Of a stretch of 64,000 bases of DNA, positions 14,001 through 27,241 are shown one piece after another. Under the pieces are notes generated by a model. The model saw nothing but the letters and a program-made list of their open reading frames with translations, made no database searches and was not told the origin of the DNA. The translations under genes and the position numbers were made by a program. Every line of letters starts with the position of its first letter. The first letter of the stretch is position 1. This DNA comes from Lingula anatina (Eukaryota > Animalia > Brachiopoda), in assembly GCA_051362555.1 (NCBI GenBank), contig CM120641.1:43716401-43780400 (forward strand), written 5' to 3'.

Positions 14001-16070
14001 ACTGGAAGGCCCGCGAAATGAGGTGGGAGAGGAACTCCCTCCACCTATATCTGTTGACCCGCCAGTGGACCCACCTGTCGAAGAAAAGGAGGACACGGAT
14101 ACAGAGGAAGAAGTGAGACCTGTTGAGGAATTAGAAGAAGGTGAGACAGTGAACTCAGAATAAAGGGGAAAAATTCACCTGTGTGTAAAGATGAAGAATC
14201 CTCCATGGTCGACTAGAGTTGACTAGGACCAACTTTTTTTTCCTTTTAACTTTTCTATTACATGTCCTCTTGTTGCGTCTCAACTTCGGCATCGTTTGAT
14301 CGAAACCAACCGCGCCAATTACAAAGTTAAATGCTTCATACGCCTTACAACCCAGCCACGGAATCTGCATAGCTCAATACGAGTTTGTGATTGGCACGGT
14401 TAACTTAAAGCTATGCTTGACGCTTCATGAAAGAGTCCAATAAAGATGCACACATGGAGGTTTGAAAATCAAGTAGCTACCTCGCACTGCATCCGAAACT
14501 CAGAGTCGACACGACTTCCCTAGAGCAAATACGATTTTTTCAATTAAGTATTGTCGGACAGGGCGCCGCCAAAGCATTAATGGAACTTGATTTGACCAAC
14601 AGAAATGAGGAAATGAAATTTTGGAAGGGCAGGCTTATTCGCGCCGAGTTTCATAGAAAACTGGAAACTAAGACCCCATTCCCACAGATTTTAGATCGAT
14701 CTATCCCTGTGGGAAGTCTCCCTAGATTGCTGCAAGGACGTATATTCAATATACGTTCTTGAATACTGTCAGCTTAGCCGGCTTAAGCTTCTGTCCCGCC
14801 TACTATTAAAAGCTGTAAGGGGGTATAATTAACTGTCGTGCGCACTCGGCTGACTGCAATTTAGCGTCAACCCCCAGGGAGTTAGGTCGATCCGGATGGA
14901 TCGATCTAAATCTGTGGGAATGCACTCTAACACCTGTTATCAACATGCCTCTGCCATTCCCAGCTGTACTGGAAACGGTCGAAGCGTGCTTGTTATATAG
15001 ATTAGTTTCCAGTGATCTCTTAAACTCAGAGTGGACTTTTAAGTCTGATAGTGTTTGTGAATATATTATTGATGGCGTATCCAGCGGGTACTCCTTTGGA
15101 GGTACGACCCTGTCCTCCTCACCCCCCCCCCCTCCCCCTTCAAAATTGTAATATTAAAGGTAAAAAAACAGCAAAAACGAGCGAATGAAGACTTTTTAAA
15201 TTACACATATGTATAACGGGAATAAATTGCCATGTATAAGCATTTATATTTGTGTTAAAAACCTTCAGAAATAAGCCCCTGGACAATGTGTCAGTCGCAA
15301 TGGGTTATTAAGATAATAATATTATTATGTGTATTCAGGACTTGTTTTCGATTTTAGTTGTGCCAGGTGGCCTTAGTGAGGGTGAAATTACGTCACTAGT
15401 ATCTGCTCACAACAAACTGCGAGATGCAAAAAGCTTGCAAGAATTGGTAAGGATACATCTCTTGTCAATAACGCCGTGACTTCATTTTATTCTACTTCAG
15501 ATTTATGAATTTTTTCTGTTATGTTTTACCTTAATTCGTTATGGTATAGTAAATATGATAGTCATTAAATTGGGAAAGTCCCAACTTCACTTTTGCATTT
15601 AGCAAGTGTAGTTTTGCCGTTCCTTCCTTGAAAGCCCTATTCAGAGAGACCAAAAGTGGCGCATCGTCCAAACCTACACTGTAACGCGAATAAACGGAAT
15701 ACATTACTGTGTTTTTCTCATTTACAATAATCCTTTTACATAAGTAAATAAGTAAAAGGTCAGTATGCTTTAATTATAGACCTGGAGCAAGCCCATTGAG
15801 GTCAATGCTAAGATGCTGGTGGATTGCGATGTTGAGTGGCCTGGGCCTCCGCCAACGTATACTAACTTTGGAACCTTCAAGGTACGTGGATTTTTTAATT
15901 GCAAAGAAATTTTCCAGATTTGTTGGTCTGATCGTTGACTAGTTTGTGGTATCAAATTTTGGTCGGAGATAGAGGCTACAATCTGAGAGATTTTTGTTCC
16001 AAATTTTTTGTAGATTGACAATAGACCCAGGATGAACTGATTTTATTTTTTATCATTTTCTATTTACCTA

Positions 16071-16118
<48 letters not shown>

Positions 16119-18128
16119 GTTAACAGTGTTTGTTCTCATGCTTTAAACAGTCATAGCTAGGGTATGTGGGTTTGAACATGCAATCATAAGAATGTAATAT
16201 GACAGCACAAGAAATAACATGTTCGCTTAGTTTCTGATATGCAGGATACATAGTGAAATCTCTTTAAATACAGTAAAAACGGTTAACTGTCTTGAAGTAC
16301 AAGCAAGAGAAATTCTGTCTATTATTTTGTTCTTGCTTTTAACAGTCTGATGTTGCTGATTTGGTTGCCGGATGGGGAAAGGAAGACATTGACTTAACCA
16401 AAAGTGCTCTGGAGACCGGCTGTAGGCCAAGTGCTTACGGTGGCTTCAGTTGTAACCATAACACAAACGTAAGTATGGATTATTGAGAAAATTTTGTTTT
16501 TGAGAAAGTCAAATTTAAATTTTGGGACCCACCCAAAATATTCATTATGCCTAATCAATTTCTAATTTTCATCTGTTAAAATTATGACGGGAGCGACGTT
16601 TGTGTTGTCGTAAATAGAATTGCTGGTCACTGTAAGATGTAATCACTATAAGACTACAAAAAGGAGTCATCGTGTCATTTTCTCTTCTATCAATTACTAT
16701 GTTGACATGTATTTTTAGATAAAGGCACTTAAAATGTGGGTGCATAGTATGTCTGCGATGCCCGTTTTCCATGTGTAGTCGAAATACATCCGTATTCCTG
16801 TGAACCATTTCTTTTTTTCTAATATCATTAAATCCAAATCCTTTAAGTAATTACGTTTCTTGTGCGTTTTTTTTTTCTTTCTGCAATGGTCTTATTATAT
16901 TTGGCGGAATGACGGTCCTTAAGTTCAAACAAGCAGACCAGGTTCAAAAATTGAAATAATTGGATTCTTTTCGAAAAAAAAGGCCCCGTTTGGGCATAGT
17001 TATGTATACCGTGTGTTAGTTCATCATTTGCCCAGTGTCTGCTGGTCCAACTGTCCCCTCAAGCCTTGCCAATAGTTCTCCGCGCACGGTCTAAATGTTC
17101 TTGACATTTTAATTAAGCGAGGATTCCACACTTTATCTAGCACACCCACACTAAATTCGGTTTTTTGAAAAATTTTCACTGATGCTCTGACTAGATTCAT
17201 GCATGTATCAAAGGCCATTACTGCATTTAAGGCATTAAAGCAACAGTTTAAAGTAGCGCGGTCAACAATGATTACGATTTCGGTACACGGGGAGTGGCTG
17301 AATTCCGGACAGGTTGTGTAGATTATGTTACAGTGAATTCTCTGCCCCCACAAGAAAACTTTGTACTTTCTTGGGGAGTATAAAGGCATTTCCACGTGCA
17401 CCCCTGTGACAGGGTCACTTATGGTTAAGAAGAGAATACTGGCATTTGCGATCCTTTTCGTAGCTCTCACATTAATTTCGTGATCTAAGTTTTGTTTTTT
17501 TCCCAACAAGAAGCTAGGATATTATTCTCCTTGCAATTGATCAAAGTAATCTAATCCACTTTGTCTCTCACTGTATTGTTTGTCTTTGCTGAAATGCTAC
17601 TGTGTGCTCTTTTTAATATCAATAGGGCAATTCTATATATTTAATACGTCTATATTTTTTACTTAGTTAATGCAGCCGCATATTCGCCGAATTGCCTGTG
17701 CAGCCAAGGAGTGTGACGGTGGCGACAGGCAGCTCGTTTGTGTCTATGTGTGAGTAGCCTATAGTTATACACATTCAGTGCTTATATGCCGTATATTTTT
17801 CTTTGTAAAAAAAAACAAATATGGTGTAAATATGTAATAGCGGATGACGTAAATTATGGTAATGAAAAAAAAAGTCGTAGAAAGATTTAGTATTTTACCC
17901 AGTGGTGGAATAAAATGACGCAACTTGCTCAGATTGACATCAAAAAGCAACCTTACCAGCATTCATAGAACCTTATTTCTTGTTAGTGAATGCCTGGATT
18001 AAGTGTATTAAAAGAAACATAAAACAAAAGAGATGTTAGCTTTTGTGATGAATATGACTCATGAAACAACCGTTTTATTTTGCAGGGACTACGAAGACAT
18101 GTACTGGTATGGCCGTCGGCGCCGTTGA
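11024..18128 (+). CDS. Secreted divergent CAP/SCP (PR-1/antigen 5-like) domain protein with acidic Pro-rich N-terminal region, about 222 aa
   Basis: Seven phase-consistent exons missed by the ORF track: 11024-11104 (MMEACRLFLLLAFVLTASAVSLERQKR), 13993-14140 (QVGLEG..PPVDPPVEEKEDTDTEEE), 15358-15446 (LSEGEITSLVSAHNKLR), 15780-15881 (TWSKPIE..C), 16346-16468 (LVAGWGKE..CNHNTN), 17667-17749 (LMQPHIRRIACAAKEC..LVCVY), 18086-18128 (DYEDMYWYGRRRR*). HNxLR, LxW, W..E and IxCA..C..LVCxY are CAP-fold landmarks. Confidence 0.85.
14672..14927. mobile_element. Tourist/PIF-Harbinger-like MITE (copy 1), in an intron of the CAP gene
   Basis: TIRs GACCCCATTCCCACAGATTTTAGATCGATC ... GATCGATCTAAATCTGTGGGAATGCACTC; TAA on both flanks (14669-71, 14928-30); related to the copy at 21336. 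Confidence 0.8.
16074..16118. repeat. (TTA)n microsatellite
   Basis: Perfect trinucleotide run. Confidence 0.95.
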
Positions 18129-19185
18129 ATGTGATAATTGAGATACGGCAGTCACAATTGCGGTAGTTGAGATTGTGACAGTTCAGTCACAATAGTAGAC
18201 GCTATCATAGGGATGCTTACCGAATGCTGTGAGAAAGACGGTTCTTGTCCTAGCCAATGATTGTGTATAATTGTAAAATAACACTTATGTCAACTTTGAT
18301 ATTTACTCCATTCACTTATTGCCAGATCGAGGCTGAAGATTAAAAATCAAACGACAATAAGTTTGTAGGCTGCTCATACTCACGTTTACGAAACCAACAA
18401 CTACAGCAAGTAGTTTTTTTACATGTACGCTTTATAATAACAAAGACAGTAGATTGTTTTCAGTATATCGAATTCATGCACACAGGTCAGAGAAGCATAT
18501 TATATTGACTTGTATTATTTAAAAATCAATATATACAACGTTGTGATACCAGTCGCTGACATACCTGGAATTGGGAGGATTTATTGATCGAAAAAGCTTT
18601 TAAATGCACGCGCCATCGTCATAAAGTCACAATTAATAGAAGGATTAAGGTGCATTGTACTTGTAGAGAGGCGAGAACGGCCTGCCACCATTGTCAATAA
18701 AAGATACTTTTACCTTCCCCATTCTCACATTAGTCGCCTTTGATCAATCAGGATATTGTTAAATGACGTGTTAATTTTCCAGGTGTATCAATCCCGCTGT
18801 TGCCATCACACTTCAAATGTGTCGATCTCTTTTGATACATGTTACTAACAACCAAATGATACCTGCAAACAAAGGGGATCGATCCTCAACAATCTATAGT
18901 GTGCGCGTACATGTGCAGACCTGGCTACACGGAATCCCTTTTTTAAAAATCAACATTGTCTAGCGGGAATGGATAATGGCGGGTTTCTACAGCTGTGGAG
19001 GCAAGAGTGCAATGAAATACACCACATTCTTACTAAAGATAATCAAAAACGACCACCAAAAACTAAGGTTAAAAGTAAAGATGTGTACTGTTTATTACGT
19101 GCCTTTAAATACGCGTCAGATTTACTAAAAAGATGTTTCTTAAAAAGCAAACACCCCATTCTGGTCTATATTATAACGTCACGAG

Positions 19186-19190
<5 letters not shown>

Positions 19191-19232
<42 letters not shown>
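19191..19232. repeat. (CT)n microsatellite
   Basis: Perfect CT run. Confidence 0.95.
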
Positions 19233-19237
<5 letters not shown>

Positions 19238-21335
19238 GCATTTTATCCTGATATAATGTCGAGAAATGGACAATTCCAGATACTGCTTGTACATGTAGAT
19301 CAATTCTGCGAGCCATAAGGAAAATGAACTGGTTCGTTAGCGATAAATTCGCATCTAATGAGCGAAATGGTTGCCCTTGACTTTGTTAATGAGCATATAA
19401 AGATGTATCAAATAAAATGTACACAATCAAATTACATAGCGACAACACGAGTAGAAACAACTCCCGTACTCTCTGTTGCGTGACGCCTGTTCGTTAGGAT
19501 CAGATACAAATGAGGTTCAATGTTCGGGCAATGAATGTAATGCTACGATGAGTACACTTGAGAGTTTACTGGACTTTTTCATTAAGATATAAACCGTGTA
19601 ATGCGCCCGAGTTCGCCTCATTGATAACGGGTTCAACGGACTGTAATACGGAAACATGATAACGTACTTGTACAGTGCATGTGGTACATATATGTAGATA
19701 TCGCAGTGAAATGATACGAGGAGAAGTCAATACACTCACCCATTCAGTATGATCTACAACTTGTTTGTTTTAGTGTCGCACACACACACTAACATACAAA
19801 AAAAAAAAAAAAAAAAAATGCCGACGCACCCTGAGTTTCCGAGATATATGAAAGTACGCGTCTAGCAACTGCATGTCCATGAACGTTCGGTTGAACGTTG
19901 ATACTAGGGGTGAGGTTGACCCCTATTCCCTTTAATTCAAAGATACCAACCAGTGTTGTGCCCAATATTGGTTTTCTGTACTGGAAATTGACTGCCCAAA
20001 ATCTTCTCGACCGATTTAGAACTCCTTGTCTTGATTATATTCCGAATTGTGCAGTTATGCGTTGTTCAAAGCTCTCTTACTTTTATAGAAGACGAGTAAA
20101 ATTAGGATGATATGCTTAGGCCCTACTATTCGTCATGAAATTATGCAACAGCTTACAGGTAAGTCGATGTGATATCATTTTTATTATACAATAAATTGGA
20201 AAAAGATTAAGTATGTGCATTTTAATAAAAGATAGTAAAATAACATCCACTACGTTATTATATCGATCAGTTATTTACACGTAGAAACCTCTTCAAAAAT
20301 TACACTACAATTTTGTTAATTTATCATCATTTTTTGGATTTTTATTATGCAGTTAATTGGAAAAGAATTGGTATGTGTTTGCAGACAAAAGCCCATTCCA
20401 ACCAACAGTGTGCCATGGAGACGAACCCTTTGATCTTGTGGACCAGTCCAATTATTTCAAAGGTCGCAGAATTCAAATGGCGACTCTGTCAAGGGAAATA
20501 ACTCCTCCAAAGTGACATTTACAACGGTATTTTATCAAGCAGTAGGAAATTTGGAGCGAATATAAACTCTTGTTGTATTAAATGTATCACACGTCTGATT
20601 TAATTCGTATCTTTTCAAGTACGATTTTGATATACTTGGATATGATGTCCTGTAGTATCGTTTACAAACGTCCTTTTGTATTAACATATCTATTCATTCG
20701 TGTATTCATTGATTTACTCATCTAATCATTTTTACATCTGTATTTTTACATTTTTACATTCTATTCGTTGGATTTATTCCATCTCATTCATTCAATCCCA
20801 TCTTATTTATCTTTCTTTCTATTGGAAGTTCGAGATTTTCTCAGCGTAGGTCGGTCCCCAGGGAGTCTTGTTTTGACTCACTTTCAGACAAAACAATTTT
20901 TAAGACAGCAGCAGGCAGTATATGCTGTCTGGTCCTCAGCTTGAAATCGCTGTTTCTGCACAGTCTGCATCTAATTGGATGGTAATTATACATAGCCATA
21001 ACACAGGGGCAGACGGAAGCCGTTTTTTGAGTCTTCCCGAGATGGTCAGGGTTTTTTCAAGTTAACATTGATGGGCATTTAATTTTTTCTGTCGGAAGAC
21101 GGTTAAAAATGGAGGATAGATCAACAAAGATAATTTGGAAGACTGTCAAAAAATATCTCTGGATCCTCATTTTTTCGTTTGGTGGAGCTAATTCATTGCT
21201 GACGACCAAGAGAAAACAGAATCAGGGGTACCTGTCGTTTCTTATCTGTCTTTGCTGTATCGTGCACAGTATAATATACTACATAATGTCACAGGAAGGG
21301 AGGTCACTTACCCCCGAATAATTAAGATACAGTAA

Positions 21336-21597
21336 GACCCCATTCCCATACCTAGATCGATCTAGCAGGATCGACCCATCTCCGAGGGCTTTCGCGCTAA
21401 ATTACATTCAGCTTAAGCGGCTCTGATGTATGGCACGCCAACTGAAACTGCTAGGGGGTAATTAACTATCCTTTAGCAGCTTCAGTAGGCGTGCTAGACA
21501 GCTGAGCCGCTTAGCCTGAATGCAGTTTAGTGAGAATCCCCTCGGAGATGGGTCGATCCTGCTAGAGCGATCTACATGTAGGTATGGGAATGGGGTC
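21336..21597. mobile_element. Tourist/PIF-Harbinger-like fold-back MITE (copy 2)
   Basis: Almost the whole element is an inverted repeat (GACCCCATTCCCATACCTAGATCGATCTAGCAGGATCGACCCATCTCCGAGGG ... CCCTCGGAGATGGGTCGATCCTGCTAGAGCGATCTACATGTAGGTATGGGAATGGGGTC); TAA duplication at 21333-35 and 21598-600. Confidence 0.88.
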
Positions 21598-21868
21598 TAA
21601 AAAATCAGCGAGAGAGAAAATACACTGACATTTAGGATATCATCTCATTTTGCAAACATTCGTCTTCTCAATATAATTCAGTTCATTGAAGTTTCTTCAA
21701 ATGTCATTTTATAATCTCGTACAATTACCGAAAAATAAACGTAATGTGTAGGGCATATACAATAAATTCTTTCATATGATGCAAAATTAGGGACCAGACA
21801 CCACTGCTGATTTCGTTTGAAAAATTTACCCATATTCAGTTTGAAGTCTCAATCTATATCCCCTCTGA

Positions 21869-21905
21869 CCCCCCCCCCCATCCCCCCCCCCCCCCCCCCC
21901 CCCCC
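21869..21905. repeat. Poly-C tract
   Basis: About 35 C residues with one AT interruption. Confidence 0.9.
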
Positions 21906-24900
21906 GTAAACTGCGTCACGAGATAAATAAAGTAAAAAGGATCAGTCGGTGCTGTATCTTTAATGTGGTAGGCTACCAGATTCCTCCTGATTGCTGCACG
22001 TTTCGAAATGTAATATTATTCTCCAGTGGTATAAACAGCATGTCTGATACCGTTATCTGCCAGACAGGATCAGCGTATAAGCTGGAACCGATTTCAATAA
22101 ATAAACTTAAAACGGAAAGCTGGTCTTAACTTTTAGGCTGAAATGATTGGTCTACTTGAATTCAGAGTGAATTTGTGATAATCTATAAAAATCAAGTAAC
22201 TACTTATAATAAATAATAAATAATAAATACCAGCCAATTTCTTTCTTTTAATGCATAAACTGACTGTTTTTCTAGGGTCAAAGTACACTAAAGTTAAAGC
22301 AAAGACCAACTCTCGGTCCCTAGTTTTTTGTGAAATCACCCCTGAAATGTTACATTATTCTCTTGTTGTACAGTCGGCATATCTGATTCTGCGGTGTCAA
22401 AGATAAGATCGTCATGTTCAGGCTGATCACAAATTTTAACATTACCAGGATCTCTGGCGGCTGTTAGTCGCAGAGTTGCTTACAAAGACGGGGTAATAAC
22501 GCATCACAACCTACATGTAATAGTGAAAATGTGAATAAATGTGCAAAGAATTCTATTTATTTCGAACGATGTACCAAATTGCATTGATTTGCATTTGACG
22601 TGGAACATTACAGAACTCTGAAGGGCGTCCCAAATCATTGCAATAGTGCTTCAAACGAAGACACAGTTGCTGTAACTGAATATAACTCCTTGCTTCAATC
22701 GACTGAAGTTAACCAGTATGTCACCTTTCCTCATGTACGACTTCTGTCTTATCAAACGCCGTGAATCCTTATGAGTGTGACCGGTGGAAACTAAACTTAT
22801 TTCAGTTCATATGGCACGGTTCTTGGTAAATAACCGAATTTAAATCAAACTTAAATAATTCTTATGCGGTTTCCGTCGATCGTATTAGATCATTATATGA
22901 CACCTTAAATGACAAAAATCACAGAATAACCCCAAATTCATCCAATGACATTTAACCTTTAAACTTTCACGTTAAACATTTGATAGGAGTAATCTAGAAA
23001 CTTTTAATTGTTGCAATTAGATTTTCACAAGCGTTGCCCAACACAAAATTATTATCCTTTGTTACTTTGCTTTTTAAATTAACGGGTCGGAGAGAACCAA
23101 AAACAGGAGGAAATTTTCCTTCTGCCTCTAATGCCCTACTGTGTAATGTTTACTTTATCATACAAGGATATTTGTTCTAGATGCCTTTAGGCAAATGTCA
23201 AACTTTCCTTTCTGACTCTCTGTTTTCAGTCATCGGCAAACACAAATAACCACGGCAAACATTCTACTACACAAACCACCTATAATTAAGCCTTTTTTTC
23301 TCTTAAAGCTTGCTCAAATGACTTACACATACAACGCATGAATTATTGCGAGGATAAAACAACACTGAAACTGCATATATAGGAAAATATTCTTTTAGCT
23401 TTAATATTTAATAGGATATGCGCTGCTTATTATGTGCCTTGGATGAGATGAGTGTCTAAAGTGAAAGGGATGTCGTTGACGGCTACGGAAAATAACGGAT
23501 TTAGCACATTTTAATATATATAGTATGATGAACAGTGTATTGAAATTAATGGTCATTTGAATTAGAGTGGCGAAAAAATAAAACGTTTTGAAAGTGTGGA
23601 AACAGCAGTGGTATCGATACGTCACAAATAATAATGATAATAATAATAATAATAGCAATGACAATAATGAAAATAATAAGAAGCAGCTTAAAAAGGATTA
23701 TACGCACGAAGCCACCTGCTCCCAGCGCCATCCTCTCATACTAAATCTGCTCACATATCCAGCTCAAGATATCCTGATTCTTTTTTAATGACCGATCAAT
23801 AGCGCTGGCTGCCGTGGAACCGTGCTTCGGATAACTTTTCTATTATCTTAATTTTTTTACCGCCTGTTAATCAGCAGAGTATTCCCAAGACGCTGCGCGT
23901 CGAGCCTTAATTAGACGAACATCGACAGCGTGTGGCCCTTTAACGAATACGCTTAAAATCGGACGACGGGCGTACCGCAAAGACAAACATAATAACTAAA
24001 CGTTGAAACAAGAGTTGAGGATGTCCACATTTTTACTCCCACGTATGTGTTAGTTTTTTGTATTTCAAAACTACCAGGCGTAAGCTCGTTTTAGCGGTAT
24101 CACGTAAAAAATATTAAAATTTACATTAGCTGTTCATTAAAATGAAAAAACAGTACCGGTGTAAAGAGTGAACTTTATGCATCAATTTGGACGTTAAAAA
24201 GTTCGAATGCCATCAAAATAACTAGCGTGAAGTTTATCCGATCACCGAAACAAATGATATCTCCCACGCATTTTGCATGTCTTAAACGACCATCAGTCAT
24301 TTTAACTGTTTGTAAGGAATACTCAAGCCTAGGTCGGTTGTCACAAGCCGACAGCACCTTGACAAAGATTGAACTAGCGTAGGACTACTTGAAATCATAA
24401 GCGTGACATGTAAATATAGTCCAGTCACGGAAGCGTCAATTAATGTACCGAGCATTGAGCACTTAGGCTGTTTCTTTTTGTACGTAATACAAATATATTC
24501 AAAATTATGTCAAACTTTGGTTTCTATGTTTATATTAGGCTCCATAGTATTGGGTTTTTTCATGCCAGGCATACTAGGAAAACGATTATTACCAATACCA
24601 CTCGAAGATGACTTACTGAGTATATGGTGGCGCCATGGGAGAGCGTCGTTTTCCCGGTGTTCGTCTTCTTGTTGTACTCAAACTGTAGACAGGAAGTCGG
24701 GCAAATTCTCACAGTGGTAAGGGTTGGGGACAATTACTCCAATAAAACATGATCAATTTCTTGGATTTATTCCCATCGCTCTCATTTCATTTTATCAGTA
24801 TCTCTTGTGAGATGAGTTTTGCTCGCACTCTGCGAAATCTTCTCTTAAATAAGTGACCAATTACCACAACTGATCGGAATAACAATGAGAAAGCTACATG

Positions 24901-27241
24901 CCTATCTGGCTGTGCGTACGTGTAATGCGTCTCGAAAGTCCGAAGGTTCACTGGTGGGAAAGTTTTGTTCAAATGTTAATTATTAGGATGGTTCAGGATG
25001 GTTATTAGGATGGTTTGAAACGTAATTTTCCGTAGGCTCATTGTTCTTAAACTCAAAAGCAATTGATATTGTAGATCAGATACAGTTTGACCTGGTGATC
25101 TTGTGTAAAACAAAATGTTTCTTAAAGCAGCTCTCGTTCCAATGAATCTTCGAAACACTGAACCGAAGCAGTATTTAAACCTCCTTATAAACCTCCGCTG
25201 TAATGAACCTTCGAAATGGTATCAGGCACCGGGACATAGTTAAAAGGACAACCTACACAATACTCAAATTTAAGAGAACCATGAGGGCGGGAAGGGGGGG
25301 GGGGCTTACCCACTTTTAGCTACTCAGAACGCGTTGATTCTTTTCTTTTTTATGCAAAGATACCGAAGGAAACAATGCCAAAAGCACATGCCAGCCTTGC
25401 GCCCCTCTTATGTGCCTGCCAGTAACTTTGAAGTATTCATACGTGTTACATGTGAAACTGGTCGTTTACATAAAAAAGGGGTATTATATAATCGGGTGCC
25501 TCCCTTTGAAACAAGAACCAGAAGTGTTATCAGTTACGATTTTCCCCGTGCAAGCCCATAGATGAATTAGGAGTGTTGGAATCGAATTATTCATATGATA
25601 ATTGTAAAAAACTCAGCCACGGCACAGTGAGTTTCATAGAATCCTGTAAACTCACCCCAATTAGCAGCATATATCCGAAGTTACTGGGAACAGCGGAGTG
25701 AGTTCTAATATCTGAAACTCAAGGTAAGCCACGACAATTCTCCCATAAACCATCCTATTAACTATAGATGGATGGACTTGGAAGTTAAAAAATAGGCGTC
25801 TTCGGACGTGAATTGTAACCACGTAGTTCTACCTATAGTTAAGCTGCCTCAAAATTTTCTGGTACAAGTCTGCGCCACGAGCTACGCTTGAAGATTTCAT
25901 TGAGAGAAAGGATGATAATAAGCAGCGGATGTATTTAGCCAAGGTACTTTGCAGAAAATGAGGATTTGGTAGTCTTATGTGGCTGTTTGTCTCATTTCAT
26001 CAATGCTTGTGTTATACGAAATAATCATTCTCGGCACAAAGCAATTTTCTCAGTTAAATAATAAAACATAAACACAGTGCCCAATGCGACTACACAATAA
26101 TCGCTATAAACCTTCAGTAATACAATGGACTACTCCTGCCCAGATTGCGGCTTCACGCGAAGAAAAATGCACTTAATGCCATATAATCGCTCGTTCAGCT
26201 AAGCGAAGAAAAGAAAAGCAGTCTTAAAAACATTCATTTATTTATTTTTGAATTTGGAAATCGATGTTGCAACGATCGATAAGAACAAGTAAATTGTATT
26301 CACACGTGCCAAATATCCGTGTACGGTCTTTCTAAGTTAGTCCATGTATGTAATCCATGTAGACTATCTGATTTATTTTTGAATATCCCATATGGATTGT
26401 CATGAGCTTTACGGAGTTATTGGGATCAGAATCGCAACAAAATCCTTAGATGGAAATGGTTTTTCCGTCGTTTTAAATAGTATTTTTTAAGATTTTGAAA
26501 GCTTGATGAAGGGGAGAAACGTCATAAATAAAAGAAGGTTAAGTCTCTTTAATACAATTTAATTTTTCGCCAGCATGATTTTTGTTTAACCTAACGATCT
26601 ACCGACATTTGTTACTTATCATAAGCAACTTTGGCGTCCAGCAAACTCATTAACCCATAGGTTGTAGTAAGTCCTTCCTACGAGAGACATTAAGAATCCG
26701 ATTAAAGGAACATCTGTAACGTTTATATATGCAAAGCACAATCAGGCTTCACATTAGAAAAATGAAAACCCATGTCCCTCTGCGCCAAGCCTTCTAGGCA
26801 CCTCTGTAACCGCAGCTCTTTATCTCTGGTGGACAGTTTCCTGAAGTTAGTCATCTTACTTCTTATCTTAACGTTGAAAATAGCAAAGGATAGAACAGTC
26901 GTCTGCTGGCTGTCATGGTGCTTAATTGTCTAATGTGAACCTGCTTTTGACTTTATGAAATAATGTAAATAGCAAAAACCCGTTGTGCGTAGAGTATTTG
27001 CAGCGATGGCAGTGTACAGTACGATTGCCAATCCTTTTTTTATCTCCTCTTCCAGCGAGACATCTCTCAAACGCCAAAGTCCTGCTGAGGTACTACAATC
27101 CCAAATCCTCATTCTATAAAAACACTCCAGTGCATTTGATCTCTTTAATTGTTTTTTTTTTTTTTTTTTTTTTTTAGTAAGATTGGAATGAGGTCTAGGA
27201 AACAAAGTACTCTTATTTCTTTGTTGTCATTTAATGCCACT

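Noticed and set aside
20690-20820. Degenerate (CATT/TATT)-like periodic tract
   Set aside because: Decayed simple repeat; no repeat-spacer structure, so not CRISPR-like.
24600-25960. Several plus-strand donor-like sites (24716, 25723, 25943) suggesting a hidden gene
   Set aside because: I could not assemble a stop-free, phase-consistent model; at most a non-coding transcript.
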